Positions 36,624 through 46,103 are shown, counted from the stretch's first letter. The stretch is 64,000 bases of DNA from Candidatus Stercoripulliclostridium sp. (GCA_045577735.1 JAZNIY010000025.1:130007-194006); one strand, 5' to 3'. Notes: generated by a model from the letters alone, not told the origin. Program-made: numbers and translations.

Positions 36624-39600
36624 ATGTTCAAACTTTTCCGCAATTTGAAACCGATGGCTTGGATGATAGTAATTATCATCATTCTCGTCACGGGCCAAGC
36701 AATTGCAGAACTGTATTTGCCCGAAAAGATGTCCGAAATTATTGACGATGGTATATACATCGATTACGAGCCCTTGTACGAGCATTTGGAAATGGAAAAG
36801 CCCTCCAGCCTTTCCTCCGTTGACTCCGAAAAGACTCTTAAGGGTTATGATGAAGATACCATACCTGTCTTTGAAATGGTAGAAGGTTTCTCCACCTACG
36901 ACCTCGCGGCAGCAATCCAAGAGGAAGAGGGGGGAGACGTTACCATCGACTTCGTATTCCGTGACATTCCGGTTAAAGACAGCCAACAATTGTTTGACGA
37001 CGTAATGACTCCTTTCTTGGAAGGATTGAAACCTTACCAAGAAACTGCATTCGAGTGGCGTGACGCAAATGTTCCAGAAGACAAATGGGATGACTGGTCG
37101 CCGACTTTCTGGGGTGGATATTATACCAATGAAGACCGTGCTCGCATTGCAGAAGTTATTAATGCTCTTTTGGTTTTCGACATTGGTGACAATTACGAAG
37201 CCTCAAAGACCAACAAATCTTCCATTCAAATAGAGGGAGACGATGACGATATTACCGTTAACAGCCTTCTTAACCAAGATCCACGCGTTGACGAAGATGC
37301 AATGGCAAACGAGTCTAATCGTAGGATTTTGACGGCTTGCATAAGTCGTATGAAGCATTCCGAATACGGCAACCTTATGCCCATACCGATAGACAAGAAC
37401 GGCAATAGGCTTGCAACCGATAAGTTTGGTAGGGCGTTTGAAGACGATAAGTTGGTTTACGTATACAGTGATGCTGACGGAGAACAAGTGGAAACGGTAA
37501 AACAAAGTTATACCGGTAGAGCAGATCCCATGCCCGACTACGAAGTTATTATTTGTAACAACGTTTTGGGATATGCCTACAAGTATGAAGGTGCTAAATG
37601 GGTTGATACCTACCGTGGCATTACCGACGAAGATGCACAAACCCTTGCAAGCGAGTATAACGCAAATATTCTTATCGAGGCACTAATTACCAAGAATAGG
37701 CATCGTGATAAATTTACTGCCGATCAAGTAAAGTCAATAACGGATGACATCAATCGTATGTGCAAATGGTATGTTGAAGCCGACGATCATATCTTACTTG
37801 CAAACCTCTTGAACCTAAATAACAAAAAGCCCGAAAGAATAATAAAAGAACTTTCCAAATATTATCAAACGGAAAAGGATGAAAACGGACTAATAGTTTC
37901 CAAAACGCCACTTAAAGACAAGAGCACTTTTGGAAGCCAATGGAAACAATTTTGGATTAGAGTAGGCAACTATCTAACCCTTTCTGCTACCGGCACAAGC
38001 AAACAAGCTTTTGAAGACTCCGTTAAGTCCGGTAACATAACAAACTTTAGCATCGCTTTAGTAGAGTTTAAGACATACAAAGACATGATGCTTCCCGATG
38101 GTCAAACCACCCAAACAGACGACTTAACGTTCATCTTAAAGCGTGGTGGTACCATGTTGTTGCTAACCGTAGCTGCTTGTGGATGTGCAATCCTTGCAGC
38201 GTTACTCAGCTCCAAGCTCGCTTCCGAGTTTAGTGCTATTATTAGAAGTAAGGTATTCGGCAAGGTTGAAACCTTCTCCCTCATTGAGTTTGATAGATAT
38301 TCTACCTCCAGCCTTATTACACGTTCTACCAACGACGTTAACCAAATCCAACAAGTATTCTTGCTTATCCTAAGAACGGGACTTATTGCCCCCATTACCT
38401 TGATAGGCGGTACGATAATGTCAATAGAAAAGTCGTTCAAGATGACGGCAGTTATCTTCTACGATATTCCTATCCTAGTAATTGCTTCCGTTATGGCCGC
38501 AAAGGTTGTTTATCCTTTGTTCCAAACCATACAAAAGAAGGTTGACAAACTAACCCTTATTACCCGTGAAGGTCTAACGGGTATCCGTGTCGTACGTGCC
38601 TTCAATAAACAAGAAACCGAAAACGAACGCTTTAACGAGGTTAACCAAAGCCTCACCAAGACGGCTATTGCAGTTAACAGATGGTGTGCCGTGCTCGCTC
38701 CGTTGATCGCAGTTGTTATGAACTGCTCAATGGTTGGCGTTGTTTGGAGAGCAAGCGTACAAATTGCTAACAATGCGGACATCGACGTAGGCGATATGAT
38801 GGCGGTTATACAATATATGACCCAAATTATGATGGCTCTCGTTATGCTCGCAACCGTATTCGTTATGTTCCCGCGTGCTACTGCTTCTGCACTACGTATA
38901 AATGAAATACTTGCAACCGAGCCCGAACTAAAAGACCCCGAAACTCCAAATAATAATTATGATTCGGTTGGATCCGTTAAGTTCGAGAACGTAAACTTCA
39001 AGTATTCAGAGGAGGCGGAGAATTACATTCTCTCGGACATTAACTTCCACGCAGAAAAGGGCAAAGTCACCGCAATCGTAGGTGGTACGGGAAGTGGTAA
39101 GAGCTCGGTAATCAACTTGATACCTCGTTTCTACGATACTACCGAAGGTAACATTTTGGTTGACGGCGTGGACGTAAGAGAAATTCCCCAAGAAGAATTG
39201 CGCTTAAAGATTGGTTTCGTACCACAAAGAAGCGTGCTCTTTAGTGGAACTATTAGAGAAAATCTTTGCTATGGTAAAGTGGATGCAACCGACGACGAAT
39301 GTTGGGAAGCGCTTGAAATTGCTCAAAGCGATACCTTCGTAAGAGAGAAAGAGGGACAACTTGATGCAAGGGTAGAGCAAGGTGGAGGCAACTTCTCCGG
39401 TGGTCAAAAACAACGTCTTGCTATTGCTCGTGCAATCATCCGTAAGCCCGAAATACTTATATTTGACGATTCATTCTCCGCTCTTGACTTTAGAACGGAC
39501 AAGAACTTACGTCAAGCCCTAAAGAGAATTACTAGCGAAAGCGCAACTATAATAGTAGCACAACGTATTGGTACTATTATGGATGCCGACAATATCATTG

Positions 39601-39716
39601 TTTTGGACGGAGGCAAGATTGTAGGACAAGGTAAGCACGAATACCTAGTTCGCAACTGTGACGTTTATCGTGATATTGCACTTTCACAAATGAGCGAGGA
39701 GGAACTTGGACTATGA
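36624..39716 (+). CDS. ABC exporter permease/ATPase subunit (degenerate-site partner) with ~460-aa extracytoplasmic insertion
   Basis: Start set at the ATG 7 nt after SD AAGAGGA. TM1 is followed by a long acidic non-hydrophobic segment (aa ~45-505), then a normal type I exporter TMD. The NBD has Walker A GGTGSGKSS, signature SGGQKQ, Walker B ILIFDDS (Asp in place of the catalytic Glu) and an AQR switch (Gln in place of His). Confidence 0.85.
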   Translation: MFKLFRNLKPMAWMIVIIIILVTGQAIAELYLPEKMSEIIDDGIYIDYEPLYEHLEMEKPSSLSSVDSEKTLKGYDEDTIPVFEMVEGFSTYDLAAAIQEEEGGDVTIDFVFRDIPVKDSQQLFDDVMTPFLEGLKPYQETAFEWRDANVPEDKWDDWSPTFWGGYYTNEDRARIAEVINALLVFDIGDNYEASKTNKSSIQIEGDDDDITVNSLLNQDPRVDEDAMANESNRRILTACISRMKHSEYGNLMPIPIDKNGNRLATDKFGRAFEDDKLVYVYSDADGEQVETVKQSYTGRADPMPDYEVIICNNVLGYAYKYEGAKWVDTYRGITDEDAQTLASEYNANILIEALITKNRHRDKFTADQVKSITDDINRMCKWYVEADDHILLANLLNLNNKKPERIIKELSKYYQTEKDENGLIVSKTPLKDKSTFGSQWKQFWIRVGNYLTLSATGTSKQAFEDSVKSGNITNFSIALVEFKTYKDMMLPDGQTTQTDDLTFILKRGGTMLLLTVAACGCAILAALLSSKLASEFSAIIRSKVFGKVETFSLIEFDRYSTSSLITRSTNDVNQIQQVFLLILRTGLIAPITLIGGTIMSIEKSFKMTAVIFYDIPILVIASVMAAKVVYPLFQTIQKKVDKLTLITREGLTGIRVVRAFNKQETENERFNEVNQSLTKTAIAVNRWCAVLAPLIAVVMNCSMVGVVWRASVQIANNADIDVGDMMAVIQYMTQIMMALVMLATVFVMFPRATASALRINEILATEPELKDPETPNNNYDSVGSVKFENVNFKYSEEAENYILSDINFHAEKGKVTAIVGGTGSGKSSVINLIPRFYDTTEGNILVDGVDVREIPQEELRLKIGFVPQRSVLFSGTIRENLCYGKVDATDDECWEALEIAQSDTFVREKEGQLDARVEQGGGNFSGGQKQRLAIARAIIRKPEILIFDDSFSALDFRTDKNLRQALKRITSESATIIVAQRIGTIMDADNIIVLDGGKIVGQGKHEYLVRNCDVYRDIALSQMSEEELGL

Positions 39717-41650
39717 ACGAATTAGAAAAAATTAGCTCCAACGAACAACCTCAACAAGGACTAGACTTAGGCCGTGCTCTAGGTGTAGGTGGCCCCGAAA
39801 TTAAAGAAGTCGATAAAGCCGAAAACTTTAAGGCTACGCTTGTTAGACTTGTCAAATATCTAAAACCCCAATACCCCATGCTCATAGCAATGATTTTGAT
39901 TGCTGCAATAGGTGCTTGGTTTGCTATTTGGGTTCCCGATATTATGAAGAAAGTTACCAATGCGTTGGTAGACAGTATTCAATACTTTGTCGACATTAGG
40001 AGACCTCCACAAGGTAACGGACAGCTTTATACCTACATTGCTCCCGTACTTTGGACGTGCGCAATATTGTACGTATTAAACGCCTTGTTCCAATTTACCT
40101 CTGGACTAATCGCAGCATCTATGAGCCAAAGAGTTGTTAGACGTATGCGTACCGACGTTAAGTTAAAACTTGACAAGGTACCACTTTCATACTTTGACGG
40201 AACACCTCTAGGCGACGTACTCTCTCGTTTTACCATCGATATCGAAATGATATCGCTAACGCTACAAGACTCCATTAACCAAATTATAACGGGCGTAATG
40301 ACGGTAGCAGGCGTATTCATTATGATGGTTCGTATCGACTGGCTTCTAGCGATTATTGCTCTTGTAAGCTTGCCAATACTATTAATTGTTTCTAGCGTTA
40401 TAGTTAAACGCTCACAAATTGAATTTGCCCGTCAACAAAAACGCATAGGTCAACTTAACGGACACATTGAAGAAATGTACACGGGGCACCGCGTAATTAA
40501 ACTTTATGGTCACGAAGAAGAAAGTATTTTGACCTATGAGCAAATCAATAAGGAGCTTAAGAAAGCAACTAGACGCTCACAATTCCTTGCCGGTGTAATT
40601 TTGCCTAGCATTAAGTTTATTGATAACTTAGTATACGTAGGCATCTGTGTGGGCGGAGGTATTAGAGCTGGTACGGGTCTTGTAACAATAGGTGACATCC
40701 AAGCGCTACTATCCTATACCAGACAGTTTGCTCAACCTATTGAGAACATTTCCAACATTGCAAACACCATTCAATCTTCCATTGCGGCAGCAGAGCGTGT
40801 ATTCCAAGTATTCGACCTTCAAGAAATGACCCCTGAAGGCAAAAGAAGTATTTCTGTTGAAAATTGTATTGGTACTGTTGATATTGAACACGTTGAATTT
40901 AGCTACACCAAGGATAAGCCTCTTATTACCGACCTAAGCTTGCACGTTAATGCAGGTGATAGCATAGCAATAGTAGGTCCCACCGGTGCAGGTAAGACAA
41001 CCCTCGTTAACTTGCTAATGAGGTTCTACGACATTAATTCCGGACGCATTCTCATTGACGGTGTAGACATTAACGAATACAGCCGTAACGACTTGCGTAG
41101 CTTGTATGGAATGGTTCTACAAGACACTTGGTTGTTTAACGGTACGGTAGCCGAAAACATTGCTTACGGCAACCCGAACGCAACGAGAGAAGAGATAATC
41201 GAAGCAGCAAAGGAAGCTTACGCCGACCAATTCATACAAACGATGGAACACGGCTACGATACCGTTCTTAAGGAAGATGCCGCTAACATTAGTGCCGGTC
41301 AAAAGCAACTCTTGACCATTGCTCGTGCAATACTCAAGAAGCCTAGAATCATCATACTTGACGAAGCGACGAGTTCGGTTGATACACGTACTGAAAAGTA
41401 CATTCAAAGCGCAATGCTTGCTATGACGGAAGGCAAGACCAACTTCGTTATTGCACACAGACTTTCCACCATCAAGCACGCTCAAGTAATACTAGTTATG
41501 AATCATGGTGACGTTGTAGAGCAAGGTAACCACGAAACTCTAATGGCTAAGAAGGGATTCTATTACGAACTTTATAACTCACAATTTGCCGGTGTTACCG
41601 ACGACAACAAGGACGACGATACGGCAAGTTCAAGATTTATTCAATCATAA
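39713..41650 (+). CDS. ABC exporter permease/ATPase subunit (consensus-site partner)
   Basis: Overlaps the upstream stop (ATGA). Walker A GPTGAGKTT, Walker B IIILDEATS, H-loop AHR, but a degenerate signature SAGQKQ. The TMD has 6 helices. Confidence 0.9.
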   Translation: MNELEKISSNEQPQQGLDLGRALGVGGPEIKEVDKAENFKATLVRLVKYLKPQYPMLIAMILIAAIGAWFAIWVPDIMKKVTNALVDSIQYFVDIRRPPQGNGQLYTYIAPVLWTCAILYVLNALFQFTSGLIAASMSQRVVRRMRTDVKLKLDKVPLSYFDGTPLGDVLSRFTIDIEMISLTLQDSINQIITGVMTVAGVFIMMVRIDWLLAIIALVSLPILLIVSSVIVKRSQIEFARQQKRIGQLNGHIEEMYTGHRVIKLYGHEEESILTYEQINKELKKATRRSQFLAGVILPSIKFIDNLVYVGICVGGGIRAGTGLVTIGDIQALLSYTRQFAQPIENISNIANTIQSSIAAAERVFQVFDLQEMTPEGKRSISVENCIGTVDIEHVEFSYTKDKPLITDLSLHVNAGDSIAIVGPTGAGKTTLVNLLMRFYDINSGRILIDGVDINEYSRNDLRSLYGMVLQDTWLFNGTVAENIAYGNPNATREEIIEAAKEAYADQFIQTMEHGYDTVLKEDAANISAGQKQLLTIARAILKKPRIIILDEATSSVDTRTEKYIQSAMLAMTEGKTNFVIAHRLSTIKHAQVILVMNHGDVVEQGNHETLMAKKGFYYELYNSQFAGVTDDNKDDDTASSRFIQS

Positions 41651-41659
41651 CAAAGCGGA

Positions 41660-41688
41660 GGCGGAGCGAAATGCTCCGCCTTAATTTT
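41660..41688 (+). terminator. Rho-independent terminator after the ABC operon
   Basis: GGCGGAGC-GAAAT-GCTCCGCC followed by a T-rich tract. Confidence 0.7.
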
Positions 41689-41741
41689 ATGAAGGTATTA
41701 TTTTGTAAATAATACTTAATTATAATGTTAAGGTATTTTAA

Positions 41742-41770
41742 TTGCTAATAAATTTTGCCTATGCTATAAT
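41742..41770 (+). promoter_or_regulatory. putative sigma-A promoter
   Basis: TTGCTA, 17 nt, TATAAT, about 30 nt upstream of SD GGAGGA. Confidence 0.55.
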
Positions 41771-41803
41771 TAGCGTATAATTTATGGTACAACGGAGGAA
41801 GTT

Positions 41804-42955
41804 ATGCCCACATTTTTTACTGAAGTTTTTAACGATGCATCACCCGTTGCCCCTTTGGGACTAATAGTTTTAGAAGGCGCAAAAGACCTCGGCAAAAAAG
41901 TCGACGATTATCTAGTTAAATGGTATAACCAAGACGTTGGTAATCGTAATCCCAGATTCAAAAAGAAATCATTCATCGTAGATTCCGTATGTCCTCGTTT
42001 CACCTCTGGTGATGGTAAAGGTATGATTAACGATTCTGTTCGTGGAGATGACCTTTATATTATATGTGACGTTGGTAACTACACTTGCACCTATACTTTG
42101 TTTGGAGAACAAAACCATATGTCTCCCGACGACCATTATGCAGACCTTAAACGTGTTATTGCTGCTGCCGGTGGTAAAGCAGAAAGAATCACCGTAGTAA
42201 TGCCCATGCTTTACGGTGGTAGACAACATCGCCGTAATGGTAGAGAATCTCTTGACGGCGCCCAAATGCTACAAGAACTATACGAAATGGGAGTTAAGGA
42301 TATTATTACCTTTGACGCTCACGATCCTCGTATCCAAAATGCAGTTCCTCTAATGGGATTTGACAACTTCTTGCCTACCTACCAAATAATGAAGGCACTT
42401 CTTGCAAGCTATCCTAACATCAATCTTGACAAAGACCACTTTATGATAGTTTCTCCCGATGAAGGCGCAATGGCACGTAACGTTTACTATGCATCTGTTC
42501 TTGGTGTAGACCTTGGTATGTTCTACAAACGCCGTGATTATACTAAAATAATTAATGGTAAGAATCCTATAGTTGCTCACGAATACATTGGTACCGACGT
42601 TGCCGGCAAGGATATCCTTGTAGCAGACGATATTATTGCAACCGGTGACTCCGTTCTTCGTCTTTGCAAGGAACTAAAAGAAAAGGGCTGTGGCAAAATC
42701 TTCTTAACTGCTACCTATGGCTTGTTTACCGAAGGCTTTGACAAATTTGACAAAGCGCACGAAGAGGGACTATTTACCGCCGTTCTTTCTACCAACCTTA
42801 CCTACAATCGTCCCGAATTGCTTGCTAAACCTTGGTACGTAGGCGCAGACCTCTCCAAGTTTATAGCATATATCATTTCAAGTTGTAACCAAAACAAGTC
42901 CGTAACTCCTCTTATGAGTTCTGCGGATAGAATACACGAATTGCTTGGCAAATAA
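41804..42955 (+). CDS. ribose-phosphate pyrophosphokinase family protein, long atypical form
   Basis: Aligns by eye to Prs blocks: RFTSGDGKGMINDSVRGDD, TFDAHDPRIQ, IVSPDEGA, LVADDIIATGDS. The ARQDRK block reads GRQHRR, and the protein has N-terminal and loop insertions (383 aa). Confidence 0.7.
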   Translation: MPTFFTEVFNDASPVAPLGLIVLEGAKDLGKKVDDYLVKWYNQDVGNRNPRFKKKSFIVDSVCPRFTSGDGKGMINDSVRGDDLYIICDVGNYTCTYTLFGEQNHMSPDDHYADLKRVIAAAGGKAERITVVMPMLYGGRQHRRNGRESLDGAQMLQELYEMGVKDIITFDAHDPRIQNAVPLMGFDNFLPTYQIMKALLASYPNINLDKDHFMIVSPDEGAMARNVYYASVLGVDLGMFYKRRDYTKIINGKNPIVAHEYIGTDVAGKDILVADDIIATGDSVLRLCKELKEKGCGKIFLTATYGLFTEGFDKFDKAHEEGLFTAVLSTNLTYNRPELLAKPWYVGADLSKFIAYIISSCNQNKSVTPLMSSADRIHELLGK

Positions 42956-42995
42956 TTTGCTATTGCAATTTTAGGAAGAATATCATATAATAAAT

Positions 42996-43415
42996 ATGGA
43001 CGGGCGACTTACAATTACTACCGCAAAAAACGAAATATACTTCTATACAAATTGTAATTATGCGTATACTAAAAGTGATACAGCGCAAATTAGTTTTGTA
43101 TATGAAAGCGATTTTCGTAAATATAATATAGTAATTGGTGTCAACCATGATAAAGTTGCTCTTAACATCACATCTTTTGACGTGGATGAAGTAGCAGAAA
43201 GTACCTTTAACGTTTTGACCTTCGCGCGTGGTGCTTCACCAAGAAACACCACCGTGGAGTTCGAGTATCTCAAGTTCACATTTGTACCAGAAGACGTTTT
43301 TGTTGATTACGGCAAGGATTTTGCAGACTTAGTTTTACGTTGTTCTTATTCCACTCTTACCCAAAATCCACGTTCGACAGTAATGAAAATTTCAGTTAAG
43401 ATTCCTACCGAATAA
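42996..43415 (+). CDS. hypothetical protein (139 aa, beta-rich; possibly DUF1934-like)
   Basis: The ORF lies between well-supported genes on the same strand. I recognise no motif confidently. There is no SD, and a -10 box lies 4 nt upstream. Confidence 0.5.
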   Translation: MDGRLTITTAKNEIYFYTNCNYAYTKSDTAQISFVYESDFRKYNIVIGVNHDKVALNITSFDVDEVAESTFNVLTFARGASPRNTTVEFEYLKFTFVPEDVFVDYGKDFADLVLRCSYSTLTQNPRSTVMKISVKIPTE

Positions 43416-43425
43416 AGGAGCATAT

Positions 43426-44079
43426 ATGAAAATTGAATGGCTAGGTCATAGTTCTTTTAAACTCACCGAAAGCACCGGTACTACCATAGTTACCGACCCC
43501 TACGAAGAAGATCGCGTTGGTGTTAAGTTCCCTGACGTCACAGCTAGCGTAGTAACGGTTAGTCACGACCACTTCGACCATAATTGCGTTAAAGCAGTTA
43601 AAGGGGTGGAAACCGTTATTGATAGCGCTGGATTTAACGATCTTGACGGCGTGGAAATTTATGGCTTCAAGAGTTATCACGATGAGAAAAAGGGGGCACT
43701 TCGTGGCAAAAACATAGTTTTTCGTTATAGAATGGACGGCGTAGAGATTTGTCACCTTGGAGACATCGGCGAGCCCCTTAGCCCCATGCTTGCAGAACTG
43801 ATTGGTTCCATAAACGTGCTATTAATTCCCGTTGGTGGTAAGTTTACTATCGATGCCGAACAAGCAAAGGAATACGTGGATCTTCTAATGCCGGACGTTG
43901 TTATTCCTATGCACTATATGTGTGATGGATACGTTACCCAATTTGACGATCTTGATGATTTCCTGGATTTGTTTGAGAAAAAGGACGTTGAATATGCAGA
44001 AGGCACCGAATTAGAATTTGACAGAACCGATTTTGACGGGGAACGCACTAGAGTTATTGTTCCCATTAAAGTACAATAA
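43426..44079 (+). CDS. MBL-fold metal-dependent hydrolase (UPF0173-like)
   Basis: MKIEWLGHSSFKL N-terminus, SHDHFDH motif, 217 aa. Confidence 0.75.
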   Translation: MKIEWLGHSSFKLTESTGTTIVTDPYEEDRVGVKFPDVTASVVTVSHDHFDHNCVKAVKGVETVIDSAGFNDLDGVEIYGFKSYHDEKKGALRGKNIVFRYRMDGVEICHLGDIGEPLSPMLAELIGSINVLLIPVGGKFTIDAEQAKEYVDLLMPDVVIPMHYMCDGYVTQFDDLDDFLDLFEKKDVEYAEGTELEFDRTDFDGERTRVIVPIKVQ

Positions 44080-44154
44080 TATTTTTAATTTTGTAAATAA
44101 TTTGCCCCTGCGTTTTGTGGGGGCAGAAAAAATATATTTTTTTAGGAGATTTTT

Positions 44155-45732
44155 ATGAAAGTTGAATACACCGCAAAACAGTTGGATGATTTATCCATTT
44201 TTGCACTCCGTGATTTAGCACGAGAATGCGGTCATAACAGCCCTACAAACAAGAAAAAGAGTGAGCTTGTCGAGTTTATTTTAGGCTGTAAGGGCGAAAA
44301 CGTTGTTAACGGAGAAGAGGAAACCCCCAAAAAACGTCGTGGTCGTCCTCCAAAGAAGAGCACTACCCAAGCACTTTTGGAAGAAAAAACCGTGAATGCT
44401 GTGGCAGAGCCCAAAGAACAAGATATCGTTGAAGATAACAAAGAAGAAAAAACCGGTTTTAAAACCACCTATTTTGATAAAAAAGGAAACGCAACTAACG
44501 GCCGTTTCAATTTGAACAAAGCAAGCAAACAAAACTCAGAAAGCGAAAAAGAAGAAAGCAAGGAAAAAGCCCCCGAAACTAACGAACAATTAGAAATCAG
44601 AGAGGGTGTACTAGAAATTTGCCCCGATGGTTATGGATTCTTGCGCGCAAACAACTATGAGCAAGGTGACGGTGATGCTTATATTGCTGCTCCTAAAATT
44701 CGCAAGAGTGGGTTGAGAAAGGGCGACTACGTAAAAGCATACGTTAAAAAACTTGCAGAAAACAGACCTATGAGCGTACAAGAGATTATTTCCATTAACG
44801 GAGATAGCCCAGACAAAGCTTTTAGCAGACCTGTTTTCGAAAGCTTAATTCCCATATATCCCGATGAAAGATTCAAGCTTGAGCTTGCAACCAGCAAAAA
44901 GGATTTTGCAATTAGAGCTATAGATCTTGTTGCACCAATAGGTAAAGGGCAACGTGCTATGATCGTTAGCCCGCCTAAAGCCGGTAAGACAACCCTTTTA
45001 AAGAAGATTGCAAACTCCGTTTCATCCAACTATCCCGATGCTCACCTTATGGTACTACTAGTTGACGAGCGTCCCGAAGAAGTTACCGATATGCAACGTT
45101 CCATTAAAGGAGAGGTAATATTTAGTACCTTCGACGAAATGCCCGATCATCACACCAAAGCAAGTGAAATGGTTTTGGAAAGAGCAAAGCGTTTGGTAGA
45201 GCTCGGTCAAGACGTCGTTATATTGATGGACTCCTTAACAAGACTTGCACGTGCATATAACTTGGTTATTACTCCTACCGGCAAGACTTTGTCCGGTGGT
45301 ATCGATCCCGGTTCATTGTACCTTCCTAAAAAATTCTTTGGTGCGGCACGTAACATCGAAAACGGTGGTTCGCTTACCATTATTGCAACTGCACTTGTAG
45401 ATACCGGCTCACGTATGGACGACGTTATCTATGAAGAGTTTAAGGGCACGGGTAACATGGAAATACACCTTGACAGAAAGCTTTCCGAAAAGCGCATATT
45501 CCCTGCAATCGACCTCGCAAGAAGTGGAACGAGAAGGGAGGAATTACTACTTTCCGAAGAAGAGCTACTTGGCATATTCGCTGTTCGCAAGATGTTAAGC
45601 ACGGGCGACGTACAAGAGTCAACGGAAAAATTAATTTCTATGATGATGGGCACGGACACCAACAAAGACTTTATCCAAATGCTCACCATTCAAATGAAAG
45701 AACTTCAAAAGAAAGGTTATAACTTTGTATAA
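44155..45732 (+). CDS. rho: transcription termination factor Rho with ~100-aa N-terminal insertion domain
   Basis: Rho_N helix-hairpin (LDDLSIFALRDLAREC), cold-shock-like RNA-binding domain (GVLEICPDGYGFLR), Walker A PPKAGKTTLL. A charged insert carrying KKRRGRPPKK lies between Rho_N and the CSD. Confidence 0.9.
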   Translation: MKVEYTAKQLDDLSIFALRDLARECGHNSPTNKKKSELVEFILGCKGENVVNGEEETPKKRRGRPPKKSTTQALLEEKTVNAVAEPKEQDIVEDNKEEKTGFKTTYFDKKGNATNGRFNLNKASKQNSESEKEESKEKAPETNEQLEIREGVLEICPDGYGFLRANNYEQGDGDAYIAAPKIRKSGLRKGDYVKAYVKKLAENRPMSVQEIISINGDSPDKAFSRPVFESLIPIYPDERFKLELATSKKDFAIRAIDLVAPIGKGQRAMIVSPPKAGKTTLLKKIANSVSSNYPDAHLMVLLVDERPEEVTDMQRSIKGEVIFSTFDEMPDHHTKASEMVLERAKRLVELGQDVVILMDSLTRLARAYNLVITPTGKTLSGGIDPGSLYLPKKFFGAARNIENGGSLTIIATALVDTGSRMDDVIYEEFKGTGNMEIHLDRKLSEKRIFPAIDLARSGTRREELLLSEEELLGIFAVRKMLSTGDVQESTEKLISMMMGTDTNKDFIQMLTIQMKELQKKGYNFV

Positions 45733-45792
45733 TAGGTAACCGTATTTGGCGCTTTAGAGAGCCAAATATTGAAATTACCAAACAAACAATGC

Positions 45793-45825
45793 AAAAGCCA
45801 TCACGAATTTCGCGATGGCTTTTTT
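45793..45825 (+). terminator. Rho-independent terminator after rho
   Basis: GCCATCACGAA/TTCGCGATGGC stem with one mismatch, flanked by A4 and T5. Confidence 0.7.
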
Positions 45826-45868
45826 GTTAGGATAGGGTGTAAAATTGTACTTGTAGAAAAAAAGGGTA

Positions 45869-45897
45869 TTGACAAAAAGCGCACTTTAATGTATAAG
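45869..45897 (+). promoter_or_regulatory. sigma-A promoter driving the riboswitch leader
   Basis: TTGACA (45869-45874), 17-nt spacer ending in TG, TATAAG (45892-45897). Confidence 0.65.
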
Positions 45898-45941
45898 TTT
45901 ATTATATAGTAATATAAATAATAATCTTAAAAGTTAAGCAA

Positions 45942-46036
45942 GGTATATGCTCTTAATATGGAAGAGCGTTTCTACCAACCACCGTTAATGGTTGACTACC
46001 GAGGCAAAGGATGCCTTATGGTCAGCTATTTTTTTT
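45942..46036 (+). promoter_or_regulatory. purine riboswitch, guanine class (C at specificity position), with overlapping intrinsic terminator
   Basis: P1 GGUA/UACC. P2 GCUCUU/AAGAGC with L2 AAUAUGG. J2-3 GUUUCUAC is identical to B. subtilis xpt. P3 CAACCA/UGGUUG with L3 CCGUUAA. J3-1 is AC. The terminator stem spans 45989-46028 and is followed by U8 (46029-46036). Confidence 0.85.
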
Positions 46037-46103
46037 CGATAGCAATCATAAAAGCATTGTAATTCTTTTGTCCTTAATGCATAACATAGAAAGGATGGTA
46101 CTT

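Noticed and set aside
44100-44130. Hairpin TGCCCC-N11-GGGGCA between the MBL hydrolase gene and rho, as a terminator or rho autoregulatory leader.
   Set aside because: The stem is only 6 bp with an 11-nt loop, and the T run is about 12 nt away. This is too weak to call either function.
46011-46103. ORF-track N-terminal extensions: 46011 for the kinase, 48215 for the SLOG gene, 23622 for the acyltransferase, 49827 for the methyltransferase, 36618 for the ABC subunit, and 49780 for fba.
   Set aside because: The extensions run through a terminator, operator sites or the upstream gene, and they lack SDs. In each case an internal ATG preceded by a good SD (or a -10 box) gives an N-terminus matching the family.
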